64,000 nucleotides of DNA, from positions 128,001-192,000 of IMG/VR virus record IMGVR_UViG_3300043754_000129; one strand, 5' to 3'. Within the stretch, counting starts at the first letter, position 1; each line of letters begins with the position of its first letter. The notes beneath the pieces are model-generated. The model saw nothing but the letters and a program-made list of their open reading frames with translations. It ran no database searches and was not told the origin of the DNA. Source of the stretch: a virus. Taxonomy: Duplodnaviria; Caudoviricetes. Shown here piece by piece: positions 58,401-64,000 of the stretch. The translations under genes and the position numbers were made by a program.

Positions 58401-58700
58401 CTGAGCGAAGGTGCACAAGCCGTGGACGACGTGGGTAAGAACGGTCTGGGTGGATCGGGTCCGACGGAGAACGCAGTGGAAGCTCCGGAAGGTCCTGACG
58501 AAGCCGAGCATCCCGATCTGGCTCCGCGGCCGGGTCCGGACGAGATGACTCATGCTGGTGACATCACGGGCGACACGCCTCAAGCCCCGAAGGAAACGCA
58601 GGGTGAGAGCGCCAACGCCAATGAGAAGAAGGAAGGCGAAAAGAAGGACGAAGAGGATAAGGACAAGAAGGATAAGTCTGCACCCTCGGGCGGCTTCTAA
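55488..58700 (+). CDS. Portal protein (phiKZ gp129-like) with a long low-complexity C-terminal tail, 1070 aa
   Basis: Motifs LPDMELAQQILVSS..SPKDM, GNPMVMHIPSESVIPVHVPG...IGFFVLLDEDG and IKNSIGRTEV recalled from gp129-family portals. Gly/Asp/Glu tail from about 58170. Confidence 0.75.
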   Translation: MSSGYQKAIELAGSGKKFPVMQLVRQDPTMAATLAKLIPSQHPVEHGDDGNRKPATPNLYSFRNAAEQTAQNVNDAETVMQLLPDMELAQQILVSSVGSPKDMMSLELTYTAPEGLTAPDVSSAMIDRYRQHFEQVHKIKPLIPKILRDMLFRTGSYSLAVIPENSVDEVINGQVRPSMENLSEHINPDGSVRPIGILGPSSRTMPTEESSRRPGLAVESFNDYNFNADPTQGLMRFEHGLSKALEADDVFVTVTDNPTVLKIPQINQKLREQRIFSAMGSRAMESLGMTDKNPLHAMNDRELTGQLYRNRKYGYQPVASLKTQDQLNRRTVGNPMVMHIPSESVIPVHVPGTPQNQIGFFVLLDEDGHPIVRQQITDHYQQMAQRMSTSGNFPSAMLNKVKTQMNGFDIYNRDHLDYSARVYGDMVEQDLLSRLRNGAYGNSVEIGKNEEIYRIMFSRALARQHTQLLFIPAEFMTYFAMRYNQDGIGESLLDEMKILNSLRSMLLFANVMAGIKNSIGRTEVKVKFDEDDPNPEKTLETSIHEIIRSRQNFLPLGVNSPAEVMDFITRAGYEFTYEGHPGMPDVAIDFGEKNSNYTKPDTELEDNLRKRAIMKTGVPPETIDAAYQPELATSVVTNNILLSKRVMQIQDEFHPLLAQHMRQHAMNSQDLMGDLRDILRENFKKIVLEKEDKQDARINETSHRARYMRDGTPILDESMPAHGKGKGKDDSSSKLSEQEKEYIINQVLIDFIMNIEVSLPRPNSSTLANQFEAMKNYSEALDQGLEAWVSDTFFTPDTAGDVAEKINTMKGVAKAYFLRKWMADNGMLNELAQLTTTDEEGKPVIDIFKLQADHIETLQKTFNEFFKGLVSITNKENDTYQATMKESNTQAEGSNTSFGDNGSSDLGGGGMGDLGGGGGDSGGLGDLGGPDLGGAPDLGTGGGEGGSDLSSLGGTSNGSTQELDQMGEGPDLSEGAQAVDDVGKNGLGGSGPTENAVEAPEGPDEAEHPDLAPRPGPDEMTHAGDITGDTPQAPKETQGESANANEKKEGEKKDEEDKDKKDKSAPSGGF

Positions 58701-58717
58701 AGCAAAAAAGAAGTAAG

Positions 58718-58755
58718 CGGCATACGGCCCCGGGGAGACCCGGGGCTTTATGCTG
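58718..58755 (-). terminator. GGCATA/TATGC-family terminator
   Basis: CGGCATA-CG-GCCCCGGG-GAGA-CCCGGGGC-TT-TATGCTG. An A-run at 58704-58709 gives a U-tail on the minus strand. Confidence 0.75.
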
Positions 58756-58762
58756 TCAGCTT

Positions 58763-59341
58763 TTACGCCTTGTCGTGCGGATGCTGGCGCAGCTCTTCAC
58801 GCGGCCGACGGTTGTAGTTCACGCGGTAAGCGTTCAGATCGTAGCCGACGACCTTGATCTCGTAGTCGGTGTCGCCATCGGCGATGACCGTGAAGTAGGC
58901 TTCCGTGTCACCCAGTTCGAGATTGACGGAGCCGCCTGCCTGAATGCCGATCGATAGTGCCTTACCACCGAGGCTCAGGTCCAGCTGCGTGCGGTAGTTC
59001 AGCTGGATCACGCGGTAGTTGCCTTCGGGCTTGGCCACGAAGTTCGCCAGCGGCGTCGCTTCGGTATCGTGGTAATACAGCAGACCGGTTTCGCCTTCCT
59101 TCGAGAAGCGCAGGAGCATGCCCGCGAGGCTCACGTTCGGGTCGATCGCATCCGTGCAATCGAGCAGACCGGTCTCCAGCAGCGCTTCCGTCTGGCTGAT
59201 GCCCAGCAGGCTGAAGCGCTTGCCCGGACGCAGCTGCGTCGTATTGAACGAGGTGAAGCCAGCGCGCACGAGCGTCGGGAAACCGTGCTCGCTGAAGTAG
59301 TGCTTGCTTTCGTCACGCAAAACGGGAATGATTTTCTTCAT
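58763..59341 (-). CDS. Stand-alone paralog of an internal region of the phiKZ-type major capsid protein, 192 aa
   Basis: GKRFSLLGISQTEALLETGLLDCTDAID, EGNYRVIQL, GSVNLELGDT and VVGYDLNAYRVNYNRR match, in order, motifs recalled from the middle of phiKZ-like major head proteins. Confidence 0.65.
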   Translation of the reverse strand: MKKIIPVLRDESKHYFSEHGFPTLVRAGFTSFNTTQLRPGKRFSLLGISQTEALLETGLLDCTDAIDPNVSLAGMLLRFSKEGETGLLYYHDTEATPLANFVAKPEGNYRVIQLNYRTQLDLSLGGKALSIGIQAGGSVNLELGDTEAYFTVIADGDTDYEIKVVGYDLNAYRVNYNRRPREELRQHPHDKA

Positions 59342-59417
59342 TAGTTATCTCTGTTGGTTATGGGCAGATATTTATTGCACCATAAGACAACGAGCAGAAA
59401 TAAAAAAAGAAAGCATG

Positions 59418-59455
59418 CGGCATATAGCCCGGGCACGTGCCCGGGCCTTATGTTG
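59418..59455 (-). terminator. GGCATA/TATG-family terminator
   Basis: CGGCATA-TA-GCCCGGGC-ACGT-GCCCGGGC-CT-TATGTTG with an A-run at 59402-59408, after the stop of 59473..59880. Confidence 0.75.
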
Positions 59456-59472
59456 TCGCCTACTTGAGTAGG

Positions 59473-59880
59473 TTAGTAGGGTGCGTCTTCTTCGAGTTCG
59501 GCGGGAACGTCGTCGCTCTCGATGTAGACCGCTGCGGCTTCGGCCACCACAGCTTCGTCGAGTGCACCGCTGAACACGGTATTGGCAATGGCTGCTGCCA
59601 CCGAGTCGCCGTTCGCGAGATTGGCGATCTGGTCCGCCGAGGCCACTTGCGTGATCTTGATCGGCGTATCGAACATGCTCGGGTTCTTCGCACGCACGAG
59701 GTCGAGCAAGGTCGGCACTTGGGCGGTGTCGACCGAAGCATCGCCATGCACCGAACTCACGGAGAGATCCGTGAAGCCGGCTTCATCGAGCGCATTTTGC
59801 ACGACGCCGTAGACGAGCGTATTGACTTCTGCGCTGCCGCCGGCAACCGTGACTTCAAGCGGATCGTAAACGAGTGACAT
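59473..59880 (-). CDS. Acidic hypothetical protein (about 135 aa)
   Basis: AAGGA RBS before ATG 59880 (MSLVYDPLEV...). Acidic, Ala/Val-rich. Confidence 0.6.
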   Translation of the reverse strand: MSLVYDPLEVTVAGGSAEVNTLVYGVVQNALDEAGFTDLSVSSVHGDASVDTAQVPTLLDLVRAKNPSMFDTPIKITQVASADQIANLANGDSVAAAIANTVFSGALDEAVVAEAAAVYIESDDVPAELEEDAPY

Positions 59881-60063
59881 TGCTGTCTTCCTTGGATTTA
59901 GAATAACACACAGGCGGCATTGGGGAAACCGCCCTCTCACAACAAGACTAGGGAATCAAGCCTTCCATGGGAATCCGCGCGACCAGTTCCCACTTCTCGA
60001 CTCTCCTCCCCAATCCAATCCTTCACTCTAGGCGAGCGGCAAGAGTGCCCGCCTACAGCTGAT

Positions 60064-62094
60064 TTACTTCACGAGCCGGATGAGATACGATTCTTCGCCG
60101 AGGAAGCCCGTATCGATTTCCAGGATCTTCCCATCGAGGGTCTGGATGTAGTGGTTCGCGAACGTGGTCTCCTGAACCGCATTCGTTTCCTCGATGATGC
60201 CCTTGGCGATGTCGTACATCACCGGCGTCAAGGCTTGCGTGAGCAGTGCGCCCGCCGTCCCGTTCATTTCCAGACGCAGTTCATGCGACAGGCAATTCAG
60301 GAACGTGAAGGACGCGGCCTTGATGAGGTGCGTGAACACCGGCTTGACCTTTTCCGGATCGTGCTCGGCGTTCGGATCGTCTTCCGTGAGGAACAGGCTT
60401 TCAAGCGACGCGATTTCATCGTCAGCCAGCACCGTTTCGAACACGGAGTGGATCAGATAGCTTTCGTTGTTCTTGAATGCCTTCAGGATGACTTCGCCGT
60501 ACTTCTCGCGCAGCACGTTGATCAGGTCCGGCAGATCGTCCGCGTAGCTGTCGATCGTCGTCGTGAGCGACAGGTTGAAGGTCAGCACACGGTTCACGAG
60601 TTCCGTCATGCGCTGGTTGATGCGGATCCACAGCGGCACCGACATCGTGGCCTTGAGCTCGTTGAGCACCTTCCAGAACCCTTCCCACGTACGCGTTTCG
60701 CGCAGCGTTTCGATCAGGTTGTCTTCCGAGATCTGGCCGACGATGAGTTCCACCACGTAGCCGTAGCGACGATAGATGTCCGCCTTCTTGCCGTTCTTGG
60801 TCGACTCGAGCCAGCCGCAGCCCGCCTTGATCCAGACCAGTTCTTCCATCAGGTCCACCGCGAACACCGGATTGACGTGCGTCGGGAATGCCGGTTGCGG
60901 ATTGTCCTGACCATCGACTGCCTTGTCGCGGAATTCTGCTTCGGCTTCGATGTTGGCCAGACCGATCTGAATTGCTTCGACACGGTCCTTGACTTGTGCG
61001 ACGTCCAGTGCGCGGTAAGGCGCGCCGAAGACGCTCTGGATTTTGTGACGTTCGTAGTCCACGGTGCTCTTTTCGGGGTTCTTGACCTGGACGATGACAG
61101 TGCCATCAGCCAGTTCTTGGAGGAAGAGGTTCTGCTTGTCCGGGTTCCAAGCCGGGAAGAACGGCTGCTTCTCGCTGCGCTTCCACTTCAGGCGAGTCGA
61201 ATAGATCGGCTCGAGTTCACCGTGTTGCACTTGTTGAGTTTGCACGGGCATCTCCTGGGCTTGTTGGACTTCTTGTTGTTGCGCCGAGACCATCGTGGGC
61301 ACCGGCGAGCTGGGAGCGACGTTGACCGACGTGGTCTTCACGCCACCCGTGTTGCTGCCACCGATCTTCACGACGTGGGGAGCCGGCTGATCGTCCGAGA
61401 CGAGCTTTGCACTGCCCCAGCGCGTTGCCATGCTGTTGCCTTGCGAAGTCATCGGGGCGTTGCCTTGCGGCGGCTGATGCGTGAGGAACGACGGCTGATT
61501 GCCACCGGCGAGCGAAACGCCAGCGCCACCCAGACGCGGATCAACACGGCTTTGGAAACCCTGCTGTTGCGCCGGGTAACCATAGCCACCACCTTGCGGC
61601 ATGCGCGAACGCAGTTGCTGGATCTGCTGCTTCACGCCATCGAACACTTGAATCTGCTGCCAGACGATCCCTTGCGTCTGCTGATTCAGATAACCACCGA
61701 GCGGCGGGAACAGGCGCACGAGGTTCGAGACGAACATCTCGATGGTCTGCACCACGGCCTTTTCCATCAGTTGCTGCGGAGCCGCATTGGGGTTTTGGCT
61801 CCAGACCAGTTCCAGATAGTCGGCGATGGCTTGCACGAGCGACGCGAACTCTTCATTCGCGAAGTTGTTCATGCCATACATGTTGAAGAAGAAACGACGC
61901 AGGGGATTTGTCTCTGCCTGTTGCTGGATTTCCGCCGCAGCCCAGCCAGCAAGACCCGGCACGAGCTGCATGACCTGGGGATGGCCCTGAATGCCCTGCG
62001 GCACGAACGGCGGATTGTTCGCGTTGATGTTGGGCAGATAGGGCCGCTGCACTTGATCCGGGCTGAAGGGCAGCTGGTTCTGGTTCGGGTACAT
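60064..62094 (-). CDS. Conserved phiKZ-like protein (gp122-like), 676 aa, with a Gln/Pro/Gly-rich low-complexity segment
   Basis: AAGGA RBS. Lies next to the gp123-like RNAP gene. N-terminal FFNMYGMNNFANEEF and C-terminal TLDGKILEIDTGFL motifs. Confidence 0.7.
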   Translation of the reverse strand: MYPNQNQLPFSPDQVQRPYLPNINANNPPFVPQGIQGHPQVMQLVPGLAGWAAAEIQQQAETNPLRRFFFNMYGMNNFANEEFASLVQAIADYLELVWSQNPNAAPQQLMEKAVVQTIEMFVSNLVRLFPPLGGYLNQQTQGIVWQQIQVFDGVKQQIQQLRSRMPQGGGYGYPAQQQGFQSRVDPRLGGAGVSLAGGNQPSFLTHQPPQGNAPMTSQGNSMATRWGSAKLVSDDQPAPHVVKIGGSNTGGVKTTSVNVAPSSPVPTMVSAQQQEVQQAQEMPVQTQQVQHGELEPIYSTRLKWKRSEKQPFFPAWNPDKQNLFLQELADGTVIVQVKNPEKSTVDYERHKIQSVFGAPYRALDVAQVKDRVEAIQIGLANIEAEAEFRDKAVDGQDNPQPAFPTHVNPVFAVDLMEELVWIKAGCGWLESTKNGKKADIYRRYGYVVELIVGQISEDNLIETLRETRTWEGFWKVLNELKATMSVPLWIRINQRMTELVNRVLTFNLSLTTTIDSYADDLPDLINVLREKYGEVILKAFKNNESYLIHSVFETVLADDEIASLESLFLTEDDPNAEHDPEKVKPVFTHLIKAASFTFLNCLSHELRLEMNGTAGALLTQALTPVMYDIAKGIIEETNAVQETTFANHYIQTLDGKILEIDTGFLGEESYLIRLVK

Positions 62095-62160
62095 GTTCTT
62101 TCGTTTCCTTGGTTATTAGAATGGGCGCATCGCTGCGCCCGATTTGGACAATTATCCTTG

Positions 62161-63816
62161 TTACTGCCGCTGGACCTTCGCCTGGAAGTCTTCCATGAGA
62201 TCGTAGAAGCGCGGATCGCGCAACACAAGCCCATTCGGATTCGTTTTCACCCAGGGGTTGATCCGTGCATGGCCGATCGGATCAGACTTCGGCTGGTTGG
62301 AGTAACCGCCGATTTCCACGAACGAGGCGTGCAGGAAGATCGCGGGATCGTCCACCACCACCTGATCGCGAGAGCGCGTCTGCTTCGAGCTGCCGGACTG
62401 CGGAATCAGACTGATCGTCATCTTGAGCGCCATGTTGTCGCCCGAGCTGGAAACCGTCGTGACTTCGGGGTGCTGCCGGGTAATGCTGAAGATCTTCCCC
62501 GAGCTGATGGTTTTATTCATCCGCTCGTTGATGTCATTCTTCGTGAGCTCCTTCTTGCTCGCGGCCTTCAGCTTGAAGTACATCTTGAAGATCTCGCTCG
62601 TGATATCCTTCATCACGAAGTAGATCACCGACAGTTCCTTGTCGTACATGCTGTTGACGCGACCCTTCGCCTTGAACAGCATATCGCTGATGTTCTCAAC
62701 GATGTATGCCATGATCTGGTAGATGTCGGTCATCGGCAGGTTGATTTCCTGCAACTTCTTGAGCACGATGTTATCCACGTACTCGTCGAGGCTTCGCAGA
62801 TGCGACTCGATCTTGTCACGCAGCACGCCTTCGTGGATATGATCCCCAAAGAGTGCGGTGCCCATCAACGAGATCCACGTCGAGCGGTTCTCCATATACC
62901 GCTTGTCCGTATCGTTGATGTACTCGGGCTTGATGAGGCCCGGGAAATGATCGACCACATAGAAGAAGCCGGCGATAAGATTTTTCACGATGCCACGCTC
63001 GTAATCGTCTTTTCGCACGATCAGCTTGATCTTGCTGGGCTCGTACAGGCCCTTGCCACAGCCCTTCGGCTTGAGTTGCGTCGAAGTACAGATCGTCCAC
63101 TGATCGGACGGATAGTCTTCATCACGCAGCTCCGGTCCGCCGATGATCGGCTTGCACGTCGCGAACTTCTCGAACGCCTTCATCAGGCCATAGCGGCAGA
63201 AGAGGTAGTGCGCCATGGTCGTCACCATCTTGACCGGCAGGCGCGCCTTCTTGTCCTTTGCGTCTTTGTGGTAGATGAGCGCGTGAGCCACGTTCAGCTG
63301 CTCACGACGGCCATTGGCCACGATGTTGTACATCAGGCGCTCGAACGTGATCACGTCACGTTGGAGACGCACGAAGACGCTGCTCATGCCGATGCTGATC
63401 ACCCGATCGGAGAGCACCGGCGAGATGTGGAAATGCGATCCACTCATCTTGATCGTCCCGCCCGGACCTACAAAGGGCAGATAGATGAAGCGGATGATTT
63501 CCTCGCCCTTGTACTTGAAGAGGTACTTCATCAGGAACACGTGCGACTCTGCCACATCCAGCGTGCGCTTGTTGTTCCCTTTCTTCTTGGTGGCTTCGTT
63601 GAATTCTTCCAGTGGCGTACAGGGGCGGCATCCCTCGTACGTCAGGCCTTCCGGAAAGTCTGCGGCTGCCGAACGGAACACGCGATCGATATATCGCGCA
63701 GCTTCGCCATCCTGGGTCGAATTAGCACCCATTTGGTACGAGGCATATCCGTTACAGATGTCCGGATTCAGTTTCGGTTGATTCGCGTCAATGACGCGAC
63801 ACAATTCTGCGTCCAC
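62161..63816 (-). CDS. rpoB: Non-virion RNA polymerase beta subunit, N-terminal part (phiKZ gp123-like), 551 aa
   Basis: AAGGAG RBS plus GTG start. Motifs YIDRVFRSAA..FPEGLTYEG, FIYLPFVGPGG.I..SGS.F.ISPVLSDRVIS and LHASFVEIGGY...PKSDP.G..RINP. Size matches. Confidence 0.85.
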   Translation of the reverse strand: MDAELCRVIDANQPKLNPDICNGYASYQMGANSTQDGEAARYIDRVFRSAAADFPEGLTYEGCRPCTPLEEFNEATKKKGNNKRTLDVAESHVFLMKYLFKYKGEEIIRFIYLPFVGPGGTIKMSGSHFHISPVLSDRVISIGMSSVFVRLQRDVITFERLMYNIVANGRREQLNVAHALIYHKDAKDKKARLPVKMVTTMAHYLFCRYGLMKAFEKFATCKPIIGGPELRDEDYPSDQWTICTSTQLKPKGCGKGLYEPSKIKLIVRKDDYERGIVKNLIAGFFYVVDHFPGLIKPEYINDTDKRYMENRSTWISLMGTALFGDHIHEGVLRDKIESHLRSLDEYVDNIVLKKLQEINLPMTDIYQIMAYIVENISDMLFKAKGRVNSMYDKELSVIYFVMKDITSEIFKMYFKLKAASKKELTKNDINERMNKTISSGKIFSITRQHPEVTTVSSSGDNMALKMTISLIPQSGSSKQTRSRDQVVVDDPAIFLHASFVEIGGYSNQPKSDPIGHARINPWVKTNPNGLVLRDPRFYDLMEDFQAKVQRQ

Positions 63817-63849
63817 TGGTTCTTACTCCTTGGTTCGAGTTAGTTCTCT

Positions 63850-63999
63850 TTACTTGTCACGCTTACTAGCATACTTGGCGGTCTGATAACTCAACCACGC
63901 TACGCCCAAAGCACCGAGGATCGCTGGAATCTGTTTCATCCACTCGGAGGTTTCCTTTCGGCGTTCCGATGACGACTTCATATCAAGCATCTGTCGCTC
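63850..63999 (-). CDS. 3' end of an upstream gene with a C-terminal hydrophobic segment (partial)
   Basis: ...ERQMLDMKSSSERRKETSEWMKQIPAILGALGVAWLSYQTAKYASKRDK*. The 5' part lies outside the window. Confidence 0.55.
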   Translation of the reverse strand, partial: ERQMLDMKSSSERRKETSEWMKQIPAILGALGVAWLSYQTAKYASKRDK

Positions 64000-64000
64000 G

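Noticed and set aside
15834-59455. Repeated GGCATA hairpins as a CRISPR array or transposon ends
   Set aside because: The copies are dispersed, not tandem with spacers. Their inner stems vary, and no cas or transposase gene or target-site duplication is evident.
383-63843. Many long opposite-strand ORFs (e.g. 383..2854+, 6185..8599-, 39500..42421-, 56088..58583-, 59920..63843+)
   Set aside because: They lie exactly antisense to well-supported genes and have Arg/His/Val-rich, motif-free translations. This is typical of shadow ORFs in GC-rich DNA with strong codon bias.
1-64000. tRNA, rRNA or self-splicing intron genes
   Set aside because: No cloverleaf or TTCGAATC-type T-arm in intergenic gaps, and no interrupted conserved ORFs were seen by eye. 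tRNAscan-SE and Infernal would confirm.

Overview
The window is a gene-dense, GC-rich segment of a phiKZ-related jumbo phage genome (Chimalliviridae-like). The assignment rests on split multisubunit RNA polymerase genes: three virion-RNAP subunits (phiKZ gp178-, gp180- and gp149-like) and one non-virion RNAP subunit (gp123-like). The window also holds a 2546-aa tail tape-measure/lysozyme protein with a GH19 domain, a portal-like protein, baseplate and central-spike genes, and four paralogous tail-fibre genes. Other genes encode UvsX/RecA, RNase H, an SbcC-like ATPase, a RuvC-like resolvase and two candidate spanin pairs. phiKZ gp numbers are from recalled sequence similarity and gene size, not from a database search. 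No tRNA, rRNA, CRISPR array, intron or transposon was seen, and most long opposite-strand ORFs are antisense shadows. The main points for follow-up are: (1) a tail fibre ending in a Hint (intein/hedgehog-type) autoprocessing domain; (2) one SPRY-like domain appended to three different virion proteins; (3) a stand-alone mini-paralog of an internal part of the major capsid protein; (4) a CYTH-fold enzyme carrying prohead-protease-type cleavage motifs; (5) NADAR-like and SLOG genes; (6) a family of pseudo-palindromic GGCATA...TATGCC hairpins; and (7) tiny membrane proteins at operon ends. Chimallin and PhuZ are not in this window, so nucleus formation cannot be shown here.
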